Origin: Thermoplasmata archaeon
GTDB taxonomy: Archaea; Thermoplasmatota; Thermoplasmata; Halarchaeoplasmatales; Halarchaeoplasmataceae
Direction: 5' to 3'
Assembly: GCA_046484045.1 (NCBI GenBank)
Contig: JAWOBZ010000015.1
Span: 1-55,624, forward strand
DNA length: 55,624 bases
Part shown: piece by piece, positions 19,456 through 28,292 of the stretch
Layout of the letters: each line of letters opens with the position of its first letter
Numbering within the stretch: the stretch's first letter is position 1
Position numbers and translations under genes: made by a program
Notes under the pieces: model-generated
Database searches by the model: none
What the model saw: the letters and a program-made list of their open reading frames with translations, nothing else
Told to the model about the DNA's origin: nothing

Positions 19456-19932
19456 ATGGCTTACAGAAACCGCCACAGGTTGAAAGAAAAAAAGGTCGAA
19501 GAGTACTCCCAAGAGCTGGAAGAGAAGCTTGGTGATACACCGTTCAAAGAAAAGAAAGGCGTGGACGTCGCCACTACAGACCTCGGAAATGTTCTTTTGG
19601 TGGATACAAAAGTAGTAGCTTCCTTCTTCGACGACCAGGTCTTCCCGACAATCGACGGGCTGCTGGAGATGGAAGCAAATAAAAGGTATGTCACCGTGGA
19701 CATGGGGGCAGTTAAGTTCGTCTACAACGGTGCTGACATAATGTCGCCCGGGATCGTGGAAGCTGACGAGACCATAGAAAAGGGAGACATGGTCTGGGTG
19801 AGAGACGTAGAACATCACAAACCCCTGGCGGTGGGAAAAGCTCTCATCGATGGGGGGGAGATGGTCGAAGGGGAGAGGGGGAAAGCGGTGAAGAGCCTGC
19901 ATCACATAGGGGACAAACTGTACTCTGTATGA
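19456..19932 (+). CDS. PUA-domain RNA-binding protein (DUF1947/MCT-1-like)
   Basis: VTVDMGAVKFVYNGADIMSPGI and HHIGD. Start moved to ATG 19456. Confidence 0.88.
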   Translation: MAYRNRHRLKEKKVEEYSQELEEKLGDTPFKEKKGVDVATTDLGNVLLVDTKVVASFFDDQVFPTIDGLLEMEANKRYVTVDMGAVKFVYNGADIMSPGIVEADETIEKGDMVWVRDVEHHKPLAVGKALIDGGEMVEGERGKAVKSLHHIGDKLYSV

Positions 19933-19991
19933 TAAAAAGCTGATATCGGATCAAAAAACCTTTTCAAGATATTGAAGAAGGGTGATAAAGA

Positions 19992-20624
19992 ATGAAATCA
20001 AAAAAATATTTTAGGATCGCAAGCCAGATGATCTTCTTGGTGCTGTTCGCATTTTTGTTCTATATAAACCGACTACAACTGTGGATAATAGTTTTCATCA
20101 TCGGTGCCGTCGCTTCCATCGGTTTAGGAAGGTTCTACTGCGGGTGGATCTGTCCTATGAACTCGTTGTCAAGACCCATCATCTGGTTGAAAGGTAAATT
20201 ATCTCTAGGTGATCTGGGTGTTCCAGATATATTGAGATCCAAGAAACTCCGGTATTCGATAGTACTGATCTTCTTCGGTACGATGATCGCTCTAAGGATT
20301 TTAGGTATGCAGCTGTCGGTACTCCTCATCATAACGGCGATAGGTGTGGCCTTCATGACGGTCTTCGATGAAGAGTTATTCCACAAGTATTTATGCCCGT
20401 ATGGAGCCATACTGAGCCTTACCTCTAAGCCATCGATATATGTTATGAAAGTAGATACCGAAGAGTGTATCGGATGTGGTAAATGTCAGAGCGCTTGTCC
20501 CACAGATACCATAGAAACGTTGAACTCTGGAAAAAGACAGGTGATCGACGATGAATGTCTCAAATGCTTCCAGTGCCAAGATGTATGTCCTGCCGACTGT
20601 ATCGGATACAGGAAAACGGGGTAA
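19992..20624 (+). CDS. Membrane 4Fe-4S protein (NapH/FixG-like)
   Basis: GRFYCGWICP, KYLCPYG and two CxxCxxCxxxCP ferredoxin motifs; TM helices. Confidence 0.85.
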   Translation: MKSKKYFRIASQMIFLVLFAFLFYINRLQLWIIVFIIGAVASIGLGRFYCGWICPMNSLSRPIIWLKGKLSLGDLGVPDILRSKKLRYSIVLIFFGTMIALRILGMQLSVLLIITAIGVAFMTVFDEELFHKYLCPYGAILSLTSKPSIYVMKVDTEECIGCGKCQSACPTDTIETLNSGKRQVIDDECLKCFQCQDVCPADCIGYRKTG

Positions 20625-20638
20625 GGGTTTCTACATTT

Positions 20639-21190
20639 TTAGTTGGAAGCCGATAGACCTTTCGAGACATCTCCCCCCATAATCCACTCAATAACAAATC
20701 CCATCAATCCAACGAATATGATAGTAAGCGACAACCGTGTCAGCATGAACTTAGAACCCAAGAACTGAAGTTCCACCATCTCCTGGGGTATCTTTATGCA
20801 TGCCCAGGCTGAAAGAAACAAGACTATATTGGATATCCTGGCGCCCTTTTTGATCAGAGTAGATGCCATGGGAAAGGCCACATACAGAGGGCCAGTGGGT
20901 AAAGTGCCGAATAAAAGTGCGAGGAAGAAGCCTTTAGAACCCGAAGCTTTACCGAGATGCTTGACAACTGTTTCCGACGGAATAAAAACGGAGAACAGTC
21001 CCATCAACACCATCACCGCGGGAAGGATGAACACCATCTCCATCAGATAATCGATAGATGTGTTGAATACCGCTCCACGCCTTTCCGGATAGATGGTGAT
21101 CAGGATAACTGCAAAGATGAACATCCCTGCCAATAAAAGCCAATTACGGTTCATCGTCTTCTTATTTTCTTTCTTTTTCTCCTCCTTCAC
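20639..21190 (-). CDS. ArsP/DUF318-like permease, half-size subunit
   Basis: Hydrophobic; LPTGPLYVAFPMA and WACIKIPQ. Confidence 0.75.
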   Translation of the reverse strand: MKEEKKKENKKTMNRNWLLLAGMFIFAVILITIYPERRGAVFNTSIDYLMEMVFILPAVMVLMGLFSVFIPSETVVKHLGKASGSKGFFLALLFGTLPTGPLYVAFPMASTLIKKGARISNIVLFLSAWACIKIPQEMVELQFLGSKFMLTRLSLTIIFVGLMGFVIEWIMGGDVSKGLSASN

Positions 21191-21669
21191 AGTATCACCC
21201 CGATCAATACAGCGATGATGATAGCTATTACGAAACTGAGACCGTTCCTCAATAGAGCGAACTTCTTTCCCAATATCTTGATCTCCATGGGAAGGGTGAC
21301 CATACCTATCATGGTCAGAGTAGTTATGAAGGCGGCCACCGCCATCACCGTAGCACCGCTTTCAAGCATGGAAGATGCTAGTGGAAATGCTATCAGAGCG
21401 GGTATGTGCAGTACGGCACCCACTGCCCCGACAAGAAGAACTCCAAAGATTCCCGACTGTTCGCCTACGAATCGTGATATCTCTGCTGGAGGGACGAATC
21501 CGAGCATCAATCCTATGATTATGATGATTATGAGTACCGTTGGCAAAATGCCGAACAGGGACTTCGCCGCTTTTTTCAACGACTGGATGGCCTTATCCCT
21601 ATCTCTGTAGAAGCCGTAGATAAAACAGATCAGCGCGAATGCGTTGATGAATATGGCTGTGATGCTCAT
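21187..21669 (-). CDS. ArsP/DUF318-like permease, half-size subunit
   Basis: Hydrophobic; IPALIAFPLA and TLPMEIKILG; 4-bp overlaps with both neighbours. Confidence 0.75.
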   Translation of the reverse strand: MSITAIFINAFALICFIYGFYRDRDKAIQSLKKAAKSLFGILPTVLIIIIIIGLMLGFVPPAEISRFVGEQSGIFGVLLVGAVGAVLHIPALIAFPLASSMLESGATVMAVAAFITTLTMIGMVTLPMEIKILGKKFALLRNGLSFVIAIIIAVLIGVIL

Positions 21670-21998
21670 CCATCCACCTTTTCGATCTGGATCCCCATCA
21701 ATTTCGCTCCTTTCTCCGTTTTCATCGAATAAACACCGGGTTCAGAGAAGAGGCATTCACCTTCTTTCAAAGCTTCTCTGTCGTCGTCCGCCGTGATCTC
21801 TACTCCTCCTTCCATCACGATAAATATCACATGTGATGACATATCACACGGCGGGATCTTGTCACCTTCCGATAACTGGATATGTCTCGCTTTAAACTCA
21901 TCTCTTTCGTAGATCAGCTTCTTGCCTTCTAATTCATTCAGATCATACGTGTCCATCTTTTTCACCTCCTTATCCTTCATCTCCGAATTCTTTCTCAT
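21666..21998 (-). CDS. Cupin-domain protein
   Basis: LSEGDKIPPCDM..VIFIVMEG..LKEGE cupin pattern. Start uncertain. Confidence 0.75.
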   Translation of the reverse strand: MRKNSEMKDKEVKKMDTYDLNELEGKKLIYERDEFKARHIQLSEGDKIPPCDMSSHVIFIVMEGGVEITADDDREALKEGECLFSEPGVYSMKTEKGAKLMGIQIEKVDG

Positions 21999-22350
21999 AA
22001 AAGCTAGTCATCTTTTCCATCATCCTTTTTCGCTCCTTGATTATCTCGAGCCAGCTCTTCAGGTGTTCCCTCCCTTCTTCGGTTATACTGTAAACCCTTT
22101 TATCCGGACCAGTATCACTTTCCTTCCAACTAGACTTTAAAAGTCCTTTCTTCTCCATCCTTCTTAACGTAGTATACATGGTTCCGGATTTGATTTCGTG
22201 TCTTCCCTCACTCAGCTCCTCGATCCTTTTGATGACACCGTATCCGTGCATAGGTTCTTCGCAGACTACCCGAAGTATGAGAAACTGCAGCCATCTACCT
22301 TCTGGATAACCATGAGGATGTTTACATTTTTGTTTAAGATCTTTGCACAT
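21970..22350 (-). CDS. PadR-family transcriptional regulator
   Basis: PMHGYGV, SGTMYTTLRRMEKKG, KRVYSITEEG. Start moved to ATG 22350. Confidence 0.9.
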   Translation of the reverse strand: MCKDLKQKCKHPHGYPEGRWLQFLILRVVCEEPMHGYGVIKRIEELSEGRHEIKSGTMYTTLRRMEKKGLLKSSWKESDTGPDKRVYSITEEGREHLKSWLEIIKERKRMMEKMTSFYEKEFGDEG

Positions 22351-22358
22351 CGATATAC

Positions 22359-22377
22359 TATATAACAATGTTACATA
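22359..22377. promoter_or_regulatory. Imperfect palindrome TATATAACA-A-TGTTACATA, candidate PadR operator
   Basis: 8 of 9 positions pair; lies just upstream of the padR start. Confidence 0.45.
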
Positions 22378-22396
22378 TAGGCTTTTTCCCGATCTC

Positions 22397-22735
22397 CTAT
22401 TTCACCATCGTCAGGAACATCTTGAATCTATCCACGGCTTCTACCGCATGTGGCACATCAGCGGGCATCACGATGGTCTCGCCTCCCTGCAGTTCGTACT
22501 CTTCACCTTCGATTATCACCCTCGATCTTCCCTCCAAAACCTGCAGCAGTGCGTCATGGGGTGCTGTGTGTTCGCTCAAAGTTTGTCCTTCGTCGAAGGC
22601 GAAAAGGGTCAGGGTCACTGTCTCTTTATCGACCAAAGTACGACTCACGACCGAACCGGGTTGATATTCGACCAGGTTCTTCAGTTCAAACACTTTCTCC
22701 TTTATCTCATCCAGCTGGTCACTATCTTTTTCCAT
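22397..22735 (-). CDS. Cupin-domain protein
   Basis: TLFAFDEGQTLSEHTAP and MPADVPHAV. Confidence 0.9.
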   Translation of the reverse strand: MEKDSDQLDEIKEKVFELKNLVEYQPGSVVSRTLVDKETVTLTLFAFDEGQTLSEHTAPHDALLQVLEGRSRVIIEGEEYELQGGETIVMPADVPHAVEAVDRFKMFLTMVK

Positions 22736-22798
22736 GATATCATCTCTTTTATTTTTATAGATAAAAGAAAGGGTTATAAGAAAAGGTTTTTGATTTTA

Positions 22799-23302
22799 TC
22801 AACAGCAGGTAGTGGTCGTATCACAGCATGTCGAAGTCTTACTCTCCGGTTCACAACAACCTGAGGTACTTTTTTCTTCTATCCCGACCGCCTTTCTGAT
22901 GGCTTCCTTTATCATCTCTTTCGGGATAGTTTCATAGGTGTTCCCCTCATACTCGAAGACCCGACATTCGTTCCCTCCTCCGGTTACCTCGTAACACTCT
23001 GGACCGGTAACGTCTTCGCAGGAAGGGCAGTAATTATCTTTAACTTCGTAATCTTCGTTCACGATCTCTTCTATATCAGTTCCGTTTATCCTCAATGTAG
23101 GGGAGCGGACCAGGCCGTGCTTTTCAGCCTGCTCATCGCTGGTTATCTTTCTCTTGTTGATGGTTATCGAATCGATGTTGTTTTGATGGATACTAGCTCT
23201 CAATTCTCTCAAAGCTTTATCCAGAGTTTCATCACTGGACTGACATCTTTCACATCGGGATAGATCCACGTAAAGGAAATCTATCTGTAACTTATCTGAC
23301 AT
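22799..23302 (-). CDS. DUF2703-like thioredoxin-fold protein with Cys-rich tail
   Basis: CERC, SPTLRING, CRVFEYEG; tail GCC..TCC..TCC. Confidence 0.8.
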   Translation of the reverse strand: MSDKLQIDFLYVDLSRCERCQSSDETLDKALRELRASIHQNNIDSITINKRKITSDEQAEKHGLVRSPTLRINGTDIEEIVNEDYEVKDNYCPSCEDVTGPECYEVTGGGNECRVFEYEGNTYETIPKEMIKEAIRKAVGIEEKSTSGCCEPESKTSTCCDTTTTCC

Positions 23303-23312
23303 GCTCTCGATC

Positions 23313-23543
23313 TCAGTGCGACTCCATGTGTTCTATCTTTTCTTCCACTGCCTGTAATTCCTTATGCAGTTCTTCCTTGTAATCTTCCAACTCATCGATG
23401 ATCTCTTCTTTCGTCCTGAACTTTCTCCATCCGTGATGACAGCCACATCCACATCTCTTTCCATGACCCATCTTGTGGTGTCCTCTGCCGTGATGACCGT
23501 TTCCTTTTCGTCCGTGTCCTGGTTCGCAACATTCTCCATTCAT
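23313..23543 (-). CDS. Small His/Cys-rich coiled-coil protein
   Basis: ECC, GHHGRGHH and CGCGCHH, then heptad-like LEDYKEELHKELQAVEEKI. Confidence 0.75.
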   Translation of the reverse strand: MNGECCEPGHGRKGNGHHGRGHHKMGHGKRCGCGCHHGWRKFRTKEEIIDELEDYKEELHKELQAVEEKIEHMESH

Positions 23544-23638
23544 ACTATCACATCGATACTAACTACAAATAGTAAAGTATTTAAATCTCGGAGTTTAAAG
23601 CTGTAAACATACTAAAAGAATTGATAGTAGGTTAAATC

Positions 23639-23983
23639 ATGACAAATAACAATGGTGTCTGCTGCGGAGATGAAGAAACTTGCCTGTGCCCTGTAGAAGG
23701 GATAATCAACGTAGTTTCAAAAAAATGGGCCATATGTATTATCAGTCACCTAGGGATAGAAGAAGACGGATATCGATTCAACGAGCTTCAGAGATCTTTG
23801 AACGGGATAAGCCCTAAATCACTTTCTGACAGACTGAAGGAATTGGGGGAAGAGGGGCTGGTTAACCGAGATGTGGAAGATAGCGTCCCTCCGAAGGTGA
23901 CATACACTTTGACAAAGGATGGAAAAGAGCTTCATAAGCGGTTGATGCCGGTCGTGGAATGGGTCAACCAGAGGGAAAGGTAA
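23639..23983 (+). CDS. HxlR-family winged-helix regulator with Cys-rich N-terminus
   Basis: CCGDEETCLCP, KKW, RFNEL, ISPKSLSDRLKEL, PPKVTYTLT. Confidence 0.9.
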   Translation: MTNNNGVCCGDEETCLCPVEGIINVVSKKWAICIISHLGIEEDGYRFNELQRSLNGISPKSLSDRLKELGEEGLVNRDVEDSVPPKVTYTLTKDGKELHKRLMPVVEWVNQRER

Positions 23984-24004
23984 TTCTAAAGAAAATCTAC
24001 CTAG

Positions 24005-25177
24005 CTAAATCGACATACATGAAAACGAAGGATGATCTGTTTTGACCTCTAACTTTTCAGCACCTAAAAATCTCATGTATCGGTTGATCTCTCTCTCAAA
24101 CTGCGTGATAAACCCTTCTTCATCCACTTCGTTGAAGAGATAAAAATTTCGGACCTCCAAAGTTCCATTATCAAAATAGGGCTCTATAAGGCCCGCATAT
24201 TCATCGTCGTACAAGATCGGCAGACAATAGTGACCGTATTTCCTGTCTTCCTTTTTCTTGTACACTTCCCACACATACTCTCTACCAAAGATACTGGCGA
24301 ACAACTCCCTGTTCCAAAGAAGTGGGTCTAGAGGTGCGAGGAAGCGGACATACGAAGGACCTAGACCCGGCGGTTCTTCCCACCGCTCTCTATCTTTTTC
24401 GAGTGCGTACAGGTCACCATCCCATCCATCGACTTCGAGTGAAAAAACTACATCTTCATCTTCCAATTCGCTCAATACCTTTCTAGTTTCCCTAACACCT
24501 CCCACACTGTTCCACTGCGCGGAGGCCTTAGAAGGAGAAACCAGTTTAGAGGAGTTCACTATCATCTCAGCTATCTTCTTTTTAGCCTCCTCTTCACTCA
24601 AAGCATCGCATTCCAACAGATCTTTAGGGATCACGTTCTCCGTCAAAGTGTAGTACTTTCTTCTCCCCTCCCTGTGATGTATACTGATCTTTCCAGATAA
24701 CCACAGACTTCGAAGCAGCCGGTTTGAAGTCCTGGTAGTACGCCAGCTTTCGATCTCGTTAGCCCCCATCTCTTTCAGTTCTAAAGAACTTACAGGTTCA
24801 TATTCCAATACATCCAGTATATATTCTATCACATCACTGTACTCATGGAAAAGCGGTTCGTACTTCTTCTCCTGCTTCTCCATCTTATTTTTGAACACTG
24901 GGTATGTACTCATAGGCACGATAGAAAGCATCTTGCAGTAGTACTCGAAAACTTCATTTTCTTTGTAAAGAAGATCACTAAGGTATTCCCGCCTGTAATC
25001 CTCGACCCTGCTGAACAGCGTCAGATCATGGTTCCTGCCGGCGGGGTCGATTGGGTCCACCTGTATGCACGGAATATCATCGAACAGCTCTACAGCACCC
25101 TTTTTACCTTTCCTCAGAGAATCGAAACCGTGAAGGCTGCAGAGTACTCGACGGGCTTTTTCTGGTGTTATCTTCAT
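24005..25177 (-). CDS. YcaQ/AlkZ (HTH_42) DNA crosslink glycosylase family
   Basis: IQVDPID (QxD), LAPLDPLLW, WEVY, RKYGHYCLPIL. Confidence 0.85.
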   Translation of the reverse strand: MKITPEKARRVLCSLHGFDSLRKGKKGAVELFDDIPCIQVDPIDPAGRNHDLTLFSRVEDYRREYLSDLLYKENEVFEYYCKMLSIVPMSTYPVFKNKMEKQEKKYEPLFHEYSDVIEYILDVLEYEPVSSLELKEMGANEIESWRTTRTSNRLLRSLWLSGKISIHHREGRRKYYTLTENVIPKDLLECDALSEEEAKKKIAEMIVNSSKLVSPSKASAQWNSVGGVRETRKVLSELEDEDVVFSLEVDGWDGDLYALEKDRERWEEPPGLGPSYVRFLAPLDPLLWNRELFASIFGREYVWEVYKKKEDRKYGHYCLPILYDDEYAGLIEPYFDNGTLEVRNFYLFNEVDEEGFITQFEREINRYMRFLGAEKLEVKTDHPSFSCMSI

Positions 25178-25475
25178 CGGACCAGTATCGTCTGATTGTA
25201 TTAAAATATATACACTTAGAACCTCTACTCGCAGATCACATTTTGTTACCAGAGTGAAAACAACTAATATAATCGTAAATAGGCTAATCGTGATTATTTA
25301 CTTTGTGGTGATTGACATGAAGGAAGTTCCAGCTCACGCTGTATCCCTGGTACACTTCAATTATGTTTCGGTCCAACCACTGTATTCCTGCATCTCCAAC
25401 GGTGCTCCATCATCATCTTCGTTTTCCTCGTAAAGTATATTAGCACTCTTACACTTCAGGAAAACGGTGCCATAG

Positions 25476-25796
25476 ATGGAGATCCCTGACGACGTAGAAA
25501 AAGAGTTGGAGAACAGAGGTGGTGTCGATGAGTTGGTCAAGAGCATCGATGAAGATCGTATCAGTGAGGAAAGTCAGGTCTACAAAGCTCTATCGGATCC
25601 AAAACGATTGAAGATCCTTACTATCCTGAACGAACAGAATCTGTGTGTCTGCCTTTTGAAAGAGATATTGGACATAGCCGATTCGAAATTATCCTACCAC
25701 CTTTCCGTATTGAAGGACAGAGGACTTATAGAGGGTGAAAGAGACGCCAACTTCGTCATATACAATATAACTGACAAGGGGAAAAAGTACGTCTGA
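25476..25796 (+). CDS. ArsR-family regulator
   Basis: KALSDPKRLKIL, LCVC metal site, SKLSYHL. Confidence 0.9.
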   Translation: MEIPDDVEKELENRGGVDELVKSIDEDRISEESQVYKALSDPKRLKILTILNEQNLCVCLLKEILDIADSKLSYHLSVLKDRGLIEGERDANFVIYNITDKGKKYV

Positions 25797-25799
25797 TAT

Positions 25800-27203
25800 T
25801 CACCAAAAATAAACACCGAAAAACCTCAGCGCCATGATCACACCTATCGCTATTATCACTATCCCGAAGACGAGCTGAATAGTTTTACCAATTGAAATAT
25901 ATTTTTCACCTATGCTGGCCCTTGCTGAGCGTGACACAACAGCTAAAGGTATTATCGGCGCTCCGTGCCCGAGACCGAACACGAAGAGCATCAAACCGGC
26001 TAGTAAAAACGACAGTTCTTCTGAGATGACCCATATGAATACCGGCAGTATGAGTGAGATAGCACAGGGTGCCCATGCGAAGGCGAAGAAAACCCCTAAT
26101 AAAAAAGCTCCTAAGACCAATGAATTGTCGAATAAAGAAACTATTGAATTTCTGATCCTATCATTAATCGAATCCTTCGCCCCCTTGCTTTTGTAGATCT
26201 TATCAGTCACGGGGCTGAACACCTCGGAAAGGGGATAGATATTGTTAATACCCAATAACACCAGTAGCACCCCTGACCCCAGGTAAAAGTAAGCTGAGTT
26301 TTTGATAAATATACCTACGTAGGATAAGAAGATACCCAACAAAAAGAAGACCGAAGCCATCCCGATAGTGAAGAAAACACCGATGAGGAACCCTTCTTTG
26401 GAATGATCTTTACTCTTATTTTTAACGCCGTCTTCATCTACATTCCCTTCCTGCCCTATAGATGCCATGATATAGGACAACATGGCAACCAAGAGTGCGA
26501 TGGAACACGGAGAAAATGATGTGATCACCCCTAAAGCGAACATCCCGACTAGGGTTATCTTACTCCCGCTGATATTCATCTGCTGATCTTCCCATTCTCC
26601 GCTCTCGATCTGTTGTATATCAGTTTTTAAAGAATCTGCGGTTTGTATGCCGTCAACTCTCCCCTTCCCCATCTGATAGACGTGATACATGCCCACTACA
26701 TCCTGGTCTCCATCTATCAGCAGTACAGTAGGGTTAGCCACCCCACCATCGAGGTTCCAATAGTCCATGTATTTTCCCGCTATATCATATGGTTCATGAT
26801 CTTCAACCCAGTGCCAATTCACCTCGATACCCCAACTATCTTCGACCATGTTCCTACCTGGTTCGGAATAAGGGTTTTTTCTCATGTTGACGGTTATTAT
26901 CGTAACGTTCGTCTGAGATGAATGTAATTCACTCAGTTCTCGGCACTGTTCCTTCAGCTCTTCCTCGCATTCCAGGCACAAAGGACTCTCTATATTGGTG
27001 ATGTGGAGTACCACCACTTCGCCCTCGAGATCACTCAAAGTGATGTTCTCTCCGTCGAGGTCTACCGCACTAAAATCTGGAGCGTCATGTACTTCATCGC
27101 TTGAGTCACGATCGTATGTATAAAAAAATACTGAAAATATTATTATCAAAACTACGGCGGCAGCTATCAGATAAAAAGTCAATTTGCTGCCTTTCAACGG
27201 CAC
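25800..27203 (-). CDS. Redoxin-CcdA (DsbD-like TM domain) fusion
   Basis: TM anchor; APDFSAVDLDG..CLEC redoxin domain; then TM domain with FSPC and WAPC cysteines. Confidence 0.85.
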   Translation of the reverse strand: MPLKGSKLTFYLIAAAVVLIIIFSVFFYTYDRDSSDEVHDAPDFSAVDLDGENITLSDLEGEVVVLHITNIESPLCLECEEELKEQCRELSELHSSQTNVTIITVNMRKNPYSEPGRNMVEDSWGIEVNWHWVEDHEPYDIAGKYMDYWNLDGGVANPTVLLIDGDQDVVGMYHVYQMGKGRVDGIQTADSLKTDIQQIESGEWEDQQMNISGSKITLVGMFALGVITSFSPCSIALLVAMLSYIMASIGQEGNVDEDGVKNKSKDHSKEGFLIGVFFTIGMASVFFLLGIFLSYVGIFIKNSAYFYLGSGVLLVLLGINNIYPLSEVFSPVTDKIYKSKGAKDSINDRIRNSIVSLFDNSLVLGAFLLGVFFAFAWAPCAISLILPVFIWVISEELSFLLAGLMLFVFGLGHGAPIIPLAVVSRSARASIGEKYISIGKTIQLVFGIVIIAIGVIMALRFFGVYFW

Positions 27204-28034
27204 CTACGCCCCTCCCCACTCCTCAGAATTCAATTGATGATAATATATCGCATCCTTCATGTAATCCCGTATCCAATCCTGTCCGGTAGCCCCCTCATTA
27301 CTGTGCCAGACCACCTGTACTTGCCCGTCGTGTTCTTCTAGAGTGACCATAACAGTCAAAGGAATATAAGGTGGGGGACCGTTCGGGTCGTAGGACTCAT
27401 AGGCTTCGTTGGCTTTCGGGTCGCTACCATCCGCCATAAGATTGTAATAAACTACTTCGGAACCGTATTCATCCAATACCGGTTCGATATCTTCTTGTTG
27501 CTGAACGCATGGGGCACATCCCTCGCTGTGAGCAAAAATTACCACCGGCTTGTTTTTTAAATCATTCAATACCCACTGCAGATGTTCTACTGAGGATCCA
27601 GCTTCCGGATTGATCTCAGGATAATTTATCCACCAATCATCTTGTCCTGAGCCTACGTCGTATCGTGGTTCATAAGATTCCAACCAATCCCCACTGGTAT
27701 CTTGGTTATCATCGTTTTCCTGTTGACCGCTGCTGCTGTCGGATTCGGTATTCATATCATCTGTATCATTCAGTTCATTCACATAGAAGGCATAACCGGT
27801 GGAACCGATCACCACGATGATCACCACGACGACTATCAGGAGAGCGTAGGGAAACTTTTTCTCTATTGGCTTACCTTCGACCTTTAATTTCTCACCGTGG
27901 ACCCTATACATATGGTCTTCTACATTATCCGATTTGACCCTTGCCTCACAAACTGGGCATTTCACCCACTCTTTCTGCAGGTCTTCCCTGTCGAGAACAA
28001 ATCCCTTATCTTTATTTCGCTCCTCAGCAGTCAT
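27204..28034 (-). CDS. C2H2 zinc finger + TM helix + thioredoxin-fold protein
   Basis: CPVC-x11-H-x4-H; TM helix; HSEGCAPC and YIP cis-Pro-like motif. Confidence 0.75.
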   Translation of the reverse strand: MTAEERNKDKGFVLDREDLQKEWVKCPVCEARVKSDNVEDHMYRVHGEKLKVEGKPIEKKFPYALLIVVVVIIVVIGSTGYAFYVNELNDTDDMNTESDSSSGQQENDDNQDTSGDWLESYEPRYDVGSGQDDWWINYPEINPEAGSSVEHLQWVLNDLKNKPVVIFAHSEGCAPCVQQQEDIEPVLDEYGSEVVYYNLMADGSDPKANEAYESYDPNGPPPYIPLTVMVTLEEHDGQVQVVWHSNEGATGQDWIRDYMKDAIYYHQLNSEEWGGA

Positions 28035-28062
28035 ATCTTGGGTATTAACAATCGTTCAGGTA

Positions 28063-28094
28063 AATAAAAGTTACGGTTTCAAAATATTTTTAAA
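28063..28094 (-). promoter_or_regulatory. TATA plus upstream TTTCAAA-N4-TTTTAAA box
   Basis: Near-identical to 32056-32087 (shared TTACGGTTTCAAA core). Confidence 0.6.
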
Positions 28095-28130
28095 TAGGTG
28101 TGGTCCGTGACTGTTTTGTTAGACCCATGA

Positions 28131-28259
28131 TCACTGCCATCCTTCCGGTCCTTCCTCAATTTCTTTCTCTATGATAGTAGTATCGCTCGATGAACCGCAT
28201 CCGCCGCCTTTGCGCGTTTTTTTTAAGCCGAAGGGAACTTTATTTTCTTTATCGGCCAT
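28131..28259 (-). CDS. 42-aa small protein downstream of acr3
   Basis: MADKENKVPFGLKKTRKGGGCGSSSDTTIIEKEIEEGPEGWQ; preceded by AAGGATGTG; too short for the ORF track. Confidence 0.5.
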   Translation of the reverse strand: MADKENKVPFGLKKTRKGGGCGSSSDTTIIEKEIEEGPEGWQ

Positions 28260-28292
28260 GGGCATCACATCCTTGCTGTTGATGAAAATGCT

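Noticed and set aside
22796-22807. TGC-TGT-TGA-TAA ending, possible C-terminal selenocysteine
   Set aside because: No SECIS-like element or sel genes seen; TGA is a normal stop in many genes here; a tandem stop is the simpler explanation.
25317-25433. 38-codon plus-strand ORF with an RBS-like GGTGA
   Set aside because: Ser-rich composition unlike local proteins; no motif or other support.
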